Virus record (IMG/VR): IMGVR_UViG_3300028601_000031
Coordinates: 1-64,000 of that record
DNA length: 64,000 bases
DNA from: a virus
Lineage: Duplodnaviria; Caudoviricetes
Strand: one strand, 5' to 3'
The notes beneath the pieces were generated by a model. It saw nothing but the letters and a program-made list of their open reading frames with translations. It had not been told where the DNA came from and made no database searches. Made by a program: the position numbers and the translations under genes. Positions 31,261 through 42,204 of this stretch are shown in pieces. Each line of letters begins with the position of its first letter. The stretch's first letter is position 1.

Positions 31261-31893
31261 TTAAATTTTAATATCTTTCAAAACTTTTATTGTAGATTTT
31301 ATTTTTTTATTTCTTTTTAATCTAAAGTTATTAAGATATGATAATCTTTTATTATAATCATTATTTTGGGATAATTCCCAGCATGTATCACACATACCAA
31401 AATTAACTGACCTATTAACACTTGTATCTTCTTCTCCACATAAAGAACACACTAATCCTTGATTATATTTTTTAATATCTGTAGTAATTGTATTATTATC
31501 TGTTCTTATATCATTATAACTATGTATAAATCCTTTCATATCATAATTATAATATAATGTGTCTAAGTTCAAAACATCAAAATCCATAGTATTTATGGAT
31601 AAACTATTTTCATATACTTTAAATGTATAATAAAATTTATGAATTAAATCAGATAAATTATTTGGCAATTCACACCATTTTGGGATATTAATAAATTCAT
31701 ATAACGAATATTTATCAATATCATAAATGTATATGTTATTTTTTATAATATTATTTCCATCTTCGGAACTAAAATATCTACATTTACAATTTTTATTATT
31801 GAAATCTAAAGATAAAAGTGGGCATTTATTACAACTACTTAAGTTAACTATAACTTTCTTGTTTTTGTAATACGTTCTTATGTATTTTTGCAT
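31261..31893 (-). CDS. Cys-rich hypothetical protein
   Basis: As above; host-type promoter at 31908. Confidence 0.65.
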   Translation of the reverse strand: MQKYIRTYYKNKKVIVNLSSCNKCPLLSLDFNNKNCKCRYFSSEDGNNIIKNNIYIYDIDKYSLYEFINIPKWCELPNNLSDLIHKFYYTFKVYENSLSINTMDFDVLNLDTLYYNYDMKGFIHSYNDIRTDNNTITTDIKKYNQGLVCSLCGEEDTSVNRSVNFGMCDTCWELSQNNDYNKRLSYLNNFRLKRNKKIKSTIKVLKDIKI

Positions 31894-31939
31894 GCTTTAA
31901 TTTTTTACAAAAATAATAAAATTATTTTAATAAAAAAAA

Positions 31940-32293
31940 TTACATTAAATATTTTTTTATAGTATCTGATATCATTTTCTTATTTAATGGTTTTAATAAG
32001 ATATCATTAAATATACTAATATCTCTAAATTCACTTGTACTATAAGCAGTAACTGCAATTATTGGTATATCTTTATTTAAGTTTTCTCTTATATATTTTG
32101 TTGCTTCTATTCCATTCATTAATGGCATTTGTATATCCATAAAAATTAAACTTATATCAGAATTATTAATAAATATATTTATACACTCTTTACCGTTATC
32201 AGCTTCTAATATGTCGATATTAAAATCAGATAATAACTCATTTAATAATAATCTGTTAACATCAACATCATCTACTATTAGAATTTTTGACAT
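31940..32293 (-). CDS. Single-domain response regulator (CheY-like)
   Basis: ILIVDD, FMDIQMP, VTA, KP. Confidence 0.9.
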   Translation of the reverse strand: MSKILIVDDVDVNRLLLNELLSDFNIDILEADNGKECINIFINNSDISLIFMDIQMPLMNGIEATKYIRENLNKDIPIIAVTAYSTSEFRDISIFNDILLKPLNKKMISDTIKKYLM

Positions 32294-32318
32294 TTTTTAT
32301 TTTTATATATTAAATAAA

Positions 32319-32486
32319 CTATTTAGATTTTTTATCTTTTTTATCCATTTTACTATCTTTATTAATATCTCTAATATTTTTTTTCCAAATTGATTTAGGT
32401 GTATAACTATATCCCATACTTAAATAATTATTAACTTCTGATTCTTTTACTCTAATAATTTGATCATTTTTCTTTAGTGTTTTCAT
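32319..32486 (-). CDS. Small basic hypothetical protein (55 aa)
   Basis: Hand-translated MKTLRKNDQIIRVKE...; follows the AAAC-N18-TAAAAT motif at 32508-32535. Confidence 0.55.
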   Translation of the reverse strand: MKTLKKNDQIIRVKESEVNNYLSMGYSYTPKSIWKKNIRDINKDSKMDKKDKKSK

Positions 32487-32535
32487 AATATTATATTTTA
32501 TTTTTATATTTTATTATAAAAAATTAAAATAGTTT

Positions 32536-32572
32536 AAAAAATAAATCCCTTATAATTAAGGGATTTATTTTT
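32536..32572 (-). terminator. Terminator
   Basis: AAAAATAAATCCCTTA/TAAGGGATTTATTTTT. Confidence 0.7.
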
Positions 32573-33178
32573 AACTAAAAAGTAATCCTGGTTTTTTATA
32601 TTCTTCTTGTTGATATATTTCATTTAATTGTTCAGGTTTCAGATCATTTTTATCCCAACCTTTTTCATTGATATATTTATCAACAAATTTCTCTCTAAGA
32701 TCTTTTAAATCTTTTTCAGATAGACCAGTTTCTTTAATAATTTGTTCTTTCATAATCATTTATTATTTTTTATTATATATAAAATATTAAAAGTTATAAT
32801 TATTTAATTTTATTTCTTTTAAAATCAATAAATTACAATTTTTATTTTTAATTTTATTTATTTTTAATTTTCTTATATATAAATCATCATATATTGGTAC
32901 CAATCTATTATCATCCCATCTCATATTACCATCTAAATATATTTTTATTTTATTCGCTAATATTCCTATAAGACCTATTTTATCATGATTAAATGATAAT
33001 TTACTATGTGATGGTATATTATCCATTAAATTTGATATTATATTACCATTAGTTTTAATTTTCGTAAAATTGTAAATATTAGAAAATTTTATAATATCCA
33101 TAATAATTTGTCTATTTATAGTTGATATATTATGTAATAATGATATGGTATCATTAATATCTATATTAATATCTTCTA

Positions 33179-33874
33179 TCATTGTTTATAATAATTATCA
33201 TAATCTATTTTAGTAATAAAATTATCAAATGTTGTTCTAACAATTTTACCATTATCATCTTTTAAATAAATTAAATATTTAGTATTAAAATCATTGTCAA
33301 TTTTAACATTAATATCAATTATACTATACTCTTTATCTAATGTAAAATTTTTTTGACATTTTATACAAACCAATTTGTGATTTTTTAATTTTAATAGTAT
33401 CCCTTTAATTTGTTGAGATAATGATTCTAATTTCTTATTAATATACTTACTTTTATTTATGGGTTTTGGTTTAGGTTCTTCACCATCAACTTTATCACCT
33501 TTTATTTCATTACAAGGTTTACATAAAAGTTGATAATTTTCTAATTCATTTTTGCCCCCTTTACTTTTTGGATAAATATGATCAATTGTATACATATAAG
33601 GTTCACCGTTATCATCACTATATAAATCTAAATGCCATCTACCCGCATTATCTTTTGCTGAAGCAAAATATTCTGGTATTTTATTACAATACTGACATTT
33701 TAATCCATCCCTATCAATTAAACTTTTTATTATATTAGCTCTTTTTAAAGAGTCGCTCATATCTTTAACATGAAATATTAATTCATCTGGTATTTTATTT
33801 TCTTTTAGTAAATCAAAGACCTCTTTTATTGTATATTTTTTATAAATCTTATAACCATGATTGTTTCTTGGCAT
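33179..33874 (-). CDS. HNH endonuclease
   Basis: CQYC, TIDHIYPKSKGG.N...N.QLLCKPCN..K. Confidence 0.9.
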   Translation of the reverse strand: MPRNNHGYKIYKKYTIKEVFDLLKENKIPDELIFHVKDMSDSLKRANIIKSLIDRDGLKCQYCNKIPEYFASAKDNAGRWHLDLYSDDNGEPYMYTIDHIYPKSKGGKNELENYQLLCKPCNEIKGDKVDGEEPKPKPINKSKYINKKLESLSQQIKGILLKLKNHKLVCIKCQKNFTLDKEYSIIDINVKIDNDFNTKYLIYLKDDNGKIVRTTFDNFITKIDYDNYYKQ

Positions 33875-33928
33875 ATCTTATATTAAATTAATTTTAATAT
33901 CTTATATTTTATGATATTAGATAAGTTT

Positions 33929-33959
33929 AAAAATAAGGACAAAATATGTCCTTATTTTT
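33929..33959 (-). terminator. Terminator
   Basis: AAAATAAGGACA/TGTCCTTATTTT. Confidence 0.7.
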
Positions 33960-34782
33960 AATAATTTTTATTATAGGTATAGATATAATCAACAGGATTA
34001 ACTGGTCTATTATTTAATAAAATTTCATAATGTAAATGATTATTAGTTGACATACCAGTACTCCCAACATAACCTATTTTTTCGTTTAATTTAACATGTT
34101 GACCTTTTTTAACAGATATTGAACTTAAATGCGCATAAACAGTCTTATATCCATATTTATGTTGTATTACAATTCTATTTCCATATCCTGTTTTATCTTT
34201 ATAAATATTTTCTACAACTCCATCCGATGTAGAATACACTTCAGTTCTTTTAGTTGCTGAAATATCAATACCTTCATGAAATGACCATTTTTTAGTTATT
34301 GGGTGTCGTCTATAACCAAATCCACTTGTTATTCTAATTAAATCACTAGATGATATAGGTGTTAGTGTAGGTAAATGATATATTGAATCAACCAATACAT
34401 TAATTTTACGATTTAATGAATCATATATAATATTTTGATTATTTATTTCATTATATAAATCTGTTATAGTATAATTACTATAATCTGAATAGTTCACATC
34501 TAAAGAAAGACTTAATGATTTTCTTATTAAATCTTGTTCTCTTTCTTTTATTGTTATTAATTCATTTAAAACTATATTTTTTAATGAATCTTTCTCTTTA
34601 TATACTAATTCTGTTTCTTTTTTAAAATTTTCTATAATTTTAGATTCGTCTGGATGTATTGATACACTGGATATAGATAAAAAGATTACAAAAATAAATG
34701 CAAAATTAAATAATAAAAATTTTCTTACTAATTTTGATTTTTCGTTTTTATACACTTCATTTTTAATTAATTCTGTATTCAT
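33958..34782 (-). CDS. Membrane-anchored M23 peptidoglycan peptidase
   Basis: TM helix, coiled coil, HEGID, YAHL, HLHYE. Confidence 0.9.
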   Translation of the reverse strand: MNTELIKNEVYKNEKSKLVRKFLLFNFAFIFVIFLSISSVSIHPDESKIIENFKKETELVYKEKDSLKNIVLNELITIKEREQDLIRKSLSLSLDVNYSDYSNYTITDLYNEINNQNIIYDSLNRKINVLVDSIYHLPTLTPISSSDLIRITSGFGYRRHPITKKWSFHEGIDISATKRTEVYSTSDGVVENIYKDKTGYGNRIVIQHKYGYKTVYAHLSSISVKKGQHVKLNEKIGYVGSTGMSTNNHLHYEILLNNRPVNPVDYIYTYNKNY

Positions 34783-35165
34783 TATAAAAATTATTTTTTC
34801 TAGATATAATAAAATATTAAATATTATATCGGTTAAATTATCTATTTTATATATTTTTTATAGTTGATTCTGATTATATCTATATAAATACTTTATAATC
34901 AATATCTTAATAAAAAACGAATAAATATGATTTTATTTAATTAAAAATTTCAATTTTTATATTTTATTTTAATTAAAATTAAATAATGAATAAAAAAACA
35001 TATTTTATTCATATGAAAAATTCGTATATATTAAATTTTAAATATTAAAAAATCAAAAAACATAATTTATATTCATATTTATATGGTTTTAATTTATATT
35101 TAAAATAAAAATATAGATATAATTTCATTAATATTTTAAAATATAAAAACCGGATATTATCCGGT

Positions 35166-36026
35166 TTATTCTATTCCATTGTCGTCAATGTATTTAAATT
35201 TCTTTTTGACAATTGACTGTATTAATGATCGACCTTTGCTTATTTGAGATTTTATTGTTGATAAATTGGTATATGTTCTATATAAACAGTCTATTTGACT
35301 ATTATTATCTATTTGAACATTTTTAATATTTTTTAATTCATTTTTATTAAAAATAAAAGTTTTACCTGGTTTTACTTCCATTTGTAAACAATCAGTATCA
35401 TTATATTCAAAATTAATATAACAATAATCAGTTCCATTATTTTTAATTTTTATATCTAAAAATTCTGACGCATTTGGTAAATCTATTTTATCCTTTTTAT
35501 CAGTATTTATTATAATTTCTTTTGTGCACATTTCAGCAATTTCTAAATATGGTCTATTTTCTATCTCCCTCATAATCATAACCTTTTTATATTTATCAGG
35601 TAGATTAAATATAGTACTTCTTACAATTTCAGCCTTTTTAATAATTGATTTATCTAATTCTATATTATAATTATCATCTGTATCTATATTAGGGATAATA
35701 TTAATAAGATTAAGATTATTATCATTATAATCTTTGTCTAAAGATACTACAGACATTCTTTTTTTGTCCTTAAAATCTTTTTTTACTAAATTTTCAGCTA
35801 TTTTATATAACCAAGTATGTATTTGAGATTTTTCTTTATTATAGTTATTTATTTTTAATAATGCTTGTGTAAATGCATCATCAGCAAAATCTTCTGCTAT
35901 ATATTGATCTCTTGTATATCTTGTTAAATACCATACTAATTTTGGTTTGTGTTTGTGATAGAATGACTCAAATTTTTGTCCAGTTATTTTTTCAAATTCA
36001 ATAGATAAACTATTATTTTTTTTCAT
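35166..36026 (-). CDS. ECF-like sigma-70 factor with insertion in region 4
   Basis: AEDFADDAF, TWLYKIAEN (region 2); LPDKYK...YLEIAE and TIKSQISKGR (region 4) separated by ~85 extra aa. Confidence 0.85.
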   Translation of the reverse strand: MKKNNSLSIEFEKITGQKFESFYHKHKPKLVWYLTRYTRDQYIAEDFADDAFTQALLKINNYNKEKSQIHTWLYKIAENLVKKDFKDKKRMSVVSLDKDYNDNNLNLINIIPNIDTDDNYNIELDKSIIKKAEIVRSTIFNLPDKYKKVMIMREIENRPYLEIAEMCTKEIIINTDKKDKIDLPNASEFLDIKIKNNGTDYCYINFEYNDTDCLQMEVKPGKTFIFNKNELKNIKNVQIDNNSQIDCLYRTYTNLSTIKSQISKGRSLIQSIVKKKFKYIDDNGIE

Positions 36027-36046
36027 AAAAAAGAGGTAATTTTTTG

Positions 36047-36097
36047 ATTAAACATTTTAAGAAACTATTATAGTCATAATTTCTTAAAATGTTTAAT
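36047..36097. repeat. Perfect 18-bp inverted repeat with 15-nt spacer upstream of the sigma gene
   Basis: ATTAAACATTTTAAGAAA 36047-36064 / TTTCTTAAAATGTTTAAT 36080-36097. Confidence 0.85.
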
Positions 36098-36143
36098 TTT
36101 TTTTTAAATTTTTTAAATTATTTAATATAATTATTATAGTACT

Positions 36144-37934
36144 TTATTCACTTTCATTTTCATTTTCACTTACATCAGTACCATAAATATACATATCTGA
36201 ATTTGTCAATCGATTAGTATTCCATACCATATAATTTCCTAATAATGTTTGCCATGTATTTTCATCTACGTTTAGTTCTCTTTCACTTCTATCATTTATT
36301 TCTATATTTTCCATATTTTCGGATAATGGTCTTCCTTGTAATATTTGTTCTTCTTGATCTCCCATTAATCTTCTAGAAGATGGAAATCTGGTGTCACTTG
36401 ATCTTCTAATTCTTCTTGGTAAATCCATGTGCGATCCATCTCCTTCTTCTTCTGTTGAATATCTTTCTGTTGGGTGTATTCGCCTATTTTCAGAACTAGA
36501 TTGGTTATTACTGATGATATGATCACTATCATAATAAGAATGATGAAATTTAAGATAGTCTTCGAGTTTGTCTTTTTTTTTAACAACTTTTTTTGGTGGA
36601 GAATTATCAACTATAATATCACCATTATCATCTAGTTTAAATCCTCTTCCGATCATTTTAAAATGAATAATTACTCGTTGAGTTTTTTTATTATCAATGA
36701 AAGCTTCTCTTACACTATCTTCAAAAATATAAGTATTTAAATAATCTGAATAGACACACCTATCAGCTAAAAAGTATTTTCGTTTACCAAGGATTTCAGA
36801 TTTAACAATCTTATTTGATCCTTTTATAGCCCGTAATCCATCAGTATTATGAACATATACTGAATCTGATTCATATACCCAGTCATCATCTATTTGACAA
36901 TATACTGATTCATATCTAAGTATATCATCATCATAATATCTACTATAAACTCTAGGTCTATGATCTACTTCATCTATATAACTACCTTGTGGATCAATTA
37001 AATGAATATGTGGTGATGTTTTTAATAATCTACCGTCATTACATAATCTACCTGTCTCTGTATTATATACAGATAATGTATCCAAATATGGATAATATCT
37101 AAATTTTTTATTATTTAAATATACATCCATAATAAAATTACTAGGGGTATATAAAGAATCATTTCTAGTATCAACAATTACATTATTCCAACCATAGGTT
37201 TGTCTCTCTTTATGTAACCACCCATTTTTCCTAGCATAATCTTTAAATATTTCAACATCAAAATCATTTACTGAATAAATTCTATCCATATAAATTCTAC
37301 TTTCTGGGTTATCTAATTTCCAAAGTACTGCTCTAGCTCTTAATTTATTTTGGTCGTCTTTAAGAATAAGCATACTTATCTTATCTGGATTTTTTACATA
37401 TAAATCAAGAAATTTAGTAGATTCATCATATCTTAAACAAGATTTTCCAAGTGGTGTATCACCATGTGTAAATCTAGTATAATTCTTAAAGTTATACCAA
37501 AATGCAATATCTTTACCTGATACGATTTCAAATCTATCGTAATTTTCGTTCTTTTCCCTTTCGGCTTTGAACATATTTACAAATGTTTCAATATCTATTG
37601 GAGGACAAGGTATAGGGCTACCTTTTGGATTATTTACAGGAAATGCATCACCAAATAAAAGTTTGATAACTTTACCAACTTTCATTTCAGACCTTTTTTC
37701 TTTCCATGCTTTTTCAGAATATTTATAATCATATTCTCTTTGTAGTTCTTTTACTTTATTGGAATAGATAAAAGTAATAGTATCATTAGATTCACCGATA
37801 TCTAAATAAGATATTGGAAATCTATTATAATGCCTAAATTGTTCCATTATAGTATTGGAAATACGATGATTAATTTTACTTAATAGTTCAATCAATCTTT
37901 GTGAACCATAGATTGTGATACATTCTCTTTTCAT
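36144..37934 (-). CDS. SCM/MDRIY/YPYLDT family, paralog 3
   Basis: LGKSCL, RAVLW, MDRIY, YPYLDT; host-type promoter at 37974. Confidence 0.75.
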   Translation of the reverse strand: MKRECITIYGSQRLIELLSKINHRISNTIMEQFRHYNRFPISYLDIGESNDTITFIYSNKVKELQREYDYKYSEKAWKEKRSEMKVGKVIKLLFGDAFPVNNPKGSPIPCPPIDIETFVNMFKAEREKNENYDRFEIVSGKDIAFWYNFKNYTRFTHGDTPLGKSCLRYDESTKFLDLYVKNPDKISMLILKDDQNKLRARAVLWKLDNPESRIYMDRIYSVNDFDVEIFKDYARKNGWLHKERQTYGWNNVIVDTRNDSLYTPSNFIMDVYLNNKKFRYYPYLDTLSVYNTETGRLCNDGRLLKTSPHIHLIDPQGSYIDEVDHRPRVYSRYYDDDILRYESVYCQIDDDWVYESDSVYVHNTDGLRAIKGSNKIVKSEILGKRKYFLADRCVYSDYLNTYIFEDSVREAFIDNKKTQRVIIHFKMIGRGFKLDDNGDIIVDNSPPKKVVKKKDKLEDYLKFHHSYYDSDHIISNNQSSSENRRIHPTERYSTEEEGDGSHMDLPRRIRRSSDTRFPSSRRLMGDQEEQILQGRPLSENMENIEINDRSERELNVDENTWQTLLGNYMVWNTNRLTNSDMYIYGTDVSENENESE

Positions 37935-38025
37935 ATTTTATAATTAATATATTAGTAATTTTATTATTTAATACAAAGATATAACAAAAAATTAAAATAA
38001 AAAATAATTTTAAAAAATTTAACAT

Positions 38026-38586
38026 TTAATTTTTTGGTGGCGGAATTACAACCTTATCTTTCATTTTATTTATGACATCAACTATTGATATTGGTTTATA
38101 ATCTAACATTTCACAAGACACATTAATAATCCTACCTGGATGATTTTCAAAATATTCTTTGGAATTATCATGTGTATGTCCACAAACATGTATAGAACCT
38201 CTCCATATTCCATCCCATGAATAAATTGGATAATGAAAAAGAACAAATTTATATTCTTTTTCTTCATGTGTGTATTTAAAAGTATGATAATCCTTTACCC
38301 ATTCAAATCTATCAATAAACCTATTGATTATTTTTGGTTTATCATGATTACCTGCAATAAGATATATTTTACCATTCAATTTATTTGCGACATATTTACT
38401 AAAGGTATTACCATTCATTTTATATGTCATATCTCCTAAATAATAGACTTCATCATCAGGTGATACAACTTCGTTCCATGAATCGAACATACGTTGATTC
38501 ATGTCAATAACGTCTTTAAATGGACGATTTTGCATATGAATTATTGCATTGTGTCCCCAGTGATGATCACTTATAAAATATATCAT
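38026..38586 (-). CDS. Calcineurin-like phosphoesterase
   Basis: SDHH, LGD, GNHD, FHYP, GHTH. Confidence 0.9.
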   Translation of the reverse strand: MIYFISDHHWGHNAIIHMQNRPFKDVIDMNQRMFDSWNEVVSPDDEVYYLGDMTYKMNGNTFSKYVANKLNGKIYLIAGNHDKPKIINRFIDRFEWVKDYHTFKYTHEEKEYKFVLFHYPIYSWDGIWRGSIHVCGHTHDNSKEYFENHPGRIINVSCEMLDYKPISIVDVINKMKDKVVIPPPKN

Positions 38587-38693
38587 AATTTTTTATCGTA
38601 TTTGATTACAAAGATAAGAAATAAAATATTAAATAACAAATATTTTGTTTTATAAATTTTATATATATTCTAAAATATTTAAAGTCTAAAATT

Positions 38694-39059
38694 ATGAAAC
38701 ATATTAAAACATATAATGAATCAATAAGACATCTTTTAAAGGGTAAAAATAAGGATGAAATGAAAAACATAGTTTATAGTTTACCAGACTATAAAAAATA
38801 TGTTTATATAGAAAAACATGATTTATATGATTTATTTACTGAAAAAGAATTAGAAGAGTTTGAATCTAAATCACCTGAAATAAGTGAAATGGGAAAGTGG
38901 TTTGATTTCCAAGTTGAAGATACACAATACCATATTCTTATTCAGGATAATGATATAGATACAATTATTATATTAGATGAAAATCTTAAAGAAATAGAAG
39001 ATTATGATACATTTGAATACATAAATGAAATGGAAGATTACTTAAAACCTTATTTATAA
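38694..39059 (+). CDS. Hypothetical protein with NES leader
   Basis: MKHIKTYNESIRHLLKGK. Confidence 0.7.
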   Translation: MKHIKTYNESIRHLLKGKNKDEMKNIVYSLPDYKKYVYIEKHDLYDLFTEKELEEFESKSPEISEMGKWFDFQVEDTQYHILIQDNDIDTIIILDENLKEIEDYDTFEYINEMEDYLKPYL

Positions 39060-39075
39060 AAAAAATAAAAAGTTT

Positions 39076-39723
39076 ATGAAATATTTAAAAACATATAGGA
39101 AACAATATAACTTTTGTAATGAATCCATAAAACATTTTTTAAAGGGTAAAAGTAAGAATGAAATAATGAAAAAAACATCTAATTTAAAACCAATAGAAAA
39201 AATGAATTATGCAATTAAATATGGTATAGACTGGTTAGCACAAGAAGCTATTGATGATGGAATTGACATTAATATGATATATATTGATTTAAGAACTGTT
39301 GTAATGAACAACGAAATTAGTATTTTAAAAATTTTAATTAATAATAAAATATCAATAAATGAACTCAATAGTGCAATTCTATATGCAATAGAACATAATA
39401 AATTAGATATATTAAAATTATTAGTTAATTATGGTTGTGATATAAAAACTGATGATAATTTTATTGAATATTATAATTTTTATTTAACATATTTACAATT
39501 TGCTGTAATAAAATTAAAATCTGATGATAATATGGTTAAATATTTAATTGATAATGGTGCTTATAATTATATTCCAAAAGAAATACTAGTAGATATATTA
39601 AATATGAATAAATTTGATGTAATTAAAGTATTAATAGATAATATTAAAGGTATGAAGGAAGCATATCAATATTTATACGATGAACATAAAAAAATAATTG
39701 AAAAATTAGAAAAAGTATTATAA
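39076..39723 (+). CDS. Ankyrin-repeat protein with NES leader
   Basis: AILYAIEHNKLDILKLLVNYG, MVKYLIDNGA. Confidence 0.75.
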   Translation: MKYLKTYRKQYNFCNESIKHFLKGKSKNEIMKKTSNLKPIEKMNYAIKYGIDWLAQEAIDDGIDINMIYIDLRTVVMNNEISILKILINNKISINELNSAILYAIEHNKLDILKLLVNYGCDIKTDDNFIEYYNFYLTYLQFAVIKLKSDDNMVKYLIDNGAYNYIPKEILVDILNMNKFDVIKVLIDNIKGMKEAYQYLYDEHKKIIEKLEKVL

Positions 39724-39726
39724 TTT

Positions 39727-40896
39727 ATGAAATATTTAAAAACATATAGGGAACAATATAACTTTTGTAATGAATCCATAAAATATTTTTTAAAACCAAA
39801 AAAAGAAGAGGATGTATTAAATATTATCAATAAATTAACACCCAAAGATAAATTATATAAAGGATGTACATATGGATTATTATCTGTTGTTAAAGATGCA
39901 ATAGAAAAAGACGGAGTTGATCCATCAATTAGTAGAAATGAACCATTAGAAATAGCATGTGAACATGGTAATATAGATATTGTTAAATATTTATTAACTT
40001 TTGATTCAGTTGATCCTTCTACAGATAGAAATAGTCCAATTATATCTGCTGCAATGTATGGATATGAAGATTTGGTAAAATTATTATTAAAAGATGAAAG
40101 AGTTGACCCATCTGATAAACATAATAGAGCATTAAAAAAAGCAGATCAAAATAAATATAATAAAATTGTTAAAATACTTTTAAACGACGATAGAGTTATA
40201 AATAGATTAAAAATGGATGATGAATTATCATTTTATATAAGAGAAAAAAATTATGAAAATACAAATGAAAGTTTAAATGTATCTAAATACGAATGGGAAT
40301 ATAGTAGAATAAATAATAAAGTTGGTAAATTATATTATGCATCAAAATATAAATTATCGGTCGCAAATCTATATGAACTATCTAAATTATTAACTAATTT
40401 TTCTGATAAGGAAGTAATGTTAATGACAATAACAGCAATATCGATATTAACAAGGGAAAGTAAAGAAAAAGTTGAAAAATTATTTGAATTATTATCACAA
40501 TACAATATAAGTCAAAAAGATATAGATAATCTAGTTAATAAGTTCACTACTATAAAGAATATATTTAAGGTTGTTGCATCAAAATACGATATAGTAATAA
40601 ATAATATTTATGATATGTTATCGAATACGACTTTATTAATACCATTTATAAACGTTTTAATAACATTAATAGAACATCAGAAGTTAAATATAGATATTTT
40701 ATCTAAACCCTTAAATGATATTAAAAATGAATTAGGTGACGATAAATATAATTTAATGTTTGATAGAATTGAAAGGAAATTATCTATAATGGTATCAAAT
40801 ACATCTAAATTTAAAGATGTTAAATACACTGAACCATATAGAAAAAGTCATGAATTAAAACCAATTCATATGAGAACAAAAAGAATTACATTATAA
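39727..40896 (+). CDS. Ankyrin-repeat protein with NES leader
   Basis: VDPS..N.P...A...G..D.VK.LL repeats. Confidence 0.8.
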   Translation: MKYLKTYREQYNFCNESIKYFLKPKKEEDVLNIINKLTPKDKLYKGCTYGLLSVVKDAIEKDGVDPSISRNEPLEIACEHGNIDIVKYLLTFDSVDPSTDRNSPIISAAMYGYEDLVKLLLKDERVDPSDKHNRALKKADQNKYNKIVKILLNDDRVINRLKMDDELSFYIREKNYENTNESLNVSKYEWEYSRINNKVGKLYYASKYKLSVANLYELSKLLTNFSDKEVMLMTITAISILTRESKEKVEKLFELLSQYNISQKDIDNLVNKFTTIKNIFKVVASKYDIVINNIYDMLSNTTLLIPFINVLITLIEHQKLNIDILSKPLNDIKNELGDDKYNLMFDRIERKLSIMVSNTSKFKDVKYTEPYRKSHELKPIHMRTKRITL

Positions 40897-42165
40897 ATGA
40901 AATATTTAAAACCATATAGGAAACAAAGTAACCTTTGTAATGAATCTATAAAACATCTTCTAAAACCTAAAAGTGAAGATGATATAAAAAATTCTATAAT
41001 GAAATCAAATTCATCAGATAGACTAGATAAAATTTTTAGATTTAAATTAAATCACTTATTTAGTGATGATGAAATATTAGAAATATGTAAAAATTTAACA
41101 CCAGATGAAAAGTTATATAAGGGTACAAGACATAATATACCTATTTTAATCAAACAGTCCATATTAGACGGTGTAAATACTGGTAAAAATAATCAAATGT
41201 TAATAAAATTCGCATCACAAAATGGATATCCTGATATTATAGAAATGTTATTAAAAGATGATAGAGTTAATCCAGTAGTTCATAATAATCTACCAATTGC
41301 ATACGCTGCAGAAAATGGACATTTAGATGCTGTTAAAGTATTAATGAATGATAAAAGAGTTGATCCATCAGATCATAATAATGATGCTATAAAATATGCA
41401 TTAAGAAATAATCATTTAACTGTAGTTAAAGAATTATTAAAAGATAAAAGAGTTGTTGATAAATTAGAACCGGATGATAGATATAAAATTAGAATAGAAT
41501 TGGAACATGGTTATAAATCATTATTTAAAGATATAGAAAGAAAAATGAAATCAAATGAATCCATAAAACATCTTCTAAAACCTAAAAGTGAAGGTGATAT
41601 ATTAAAAACAGTTGAAAAATTATCACCACAAGAAAAATTACAACACGCTTGTGAATATGGTATTCTTTGGTTATTTAAACAAGCATTGGATGAAGGTGCA
41701 AATCCTGCATATCAAGATAATTATCCTATAAGATACGCATCAGCAGGTGGACATTATACAATAGTTAAAATATTATTAAGTTTTGATAGTGTTGATCCAT
41801 CAGATTTAAATAATGTTGCTATACAGGTTGCTCATTATTATAAACATAAAGATGTTGTGGAATTGTTATTAGATGATAAAAGAGTTAAAAAATCACTACC
41901 TAAACATTTATTAGAAAGGTATATAAAATATGTATATGATGATTTACATGAATCAAATATAATAAGAATTAATGAGTTTGTTCAAAATGATGATATAAAA
42001 TATTGGGCATTATACTATCATATTTATGATAATTTTTTCTCCAAATTAGATAATAGAGAAGAAATTCAAGAATTAAGAAATAAACTAATTGATGAATTTG
42101 GTGAAGAATTAGCACCAGTTATCAACTTTTTTGCTGATTATAGACTTAAAAAATTGGATATTTAA
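40897..42165 (+). CDS. Ankyrin-repeat protein with duplicated NES leader module
   Basis: NESIKHLLKPKSE occurs twice; VDPS-type ankyrin repeats. Confidence 0.8.
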   Translation: MKYLKPYRKQSNLCNESIKHLLKPKSEDDIKNSIMKSNSSDRLDKIFRFKLNHLFSDDEILEICKNLTPDEKLYKGTRHNIPILIKQSILDGVNTGKNNQMLIKFASQNGYPDIIEMLLKDDRVNPVVHNNLPIAYAAENGHLDAVKVLMNDKRVDPSDHNNDAIKYALRNNHLTVVKELLKDKRVVDKLEPDDRYKIRIELEHGYKSLFKDIERKMKSNESIKHLLKPKSEGDILKTVEKLSPQEKLQHACEYGILWLFKQALDEGANPAYQDNYPIRYASAGGHYTIVKILLSFDSVDPSDLNNVAIQVAHYYKHKDVVELLLDDKRVKKSLPKHLLERYIKYVYDDLHESNIIRINEFVQNDDIKYWALYYHIYDNFFSKLDNREEIQELRNKLIDEFGEELAPVINFFADYRLKKLDI

Positions 42166-42204
42166 AAAATATATTGTATATTTGTACCATAAAAATCTAA
42201 CATT

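Noticed and set aside
35268-35528. Intein in the sigma factor
   Set aside because: Starts with Cys but is very short and lacks the terminal His-Asn followed by Cys/Ser/Thr
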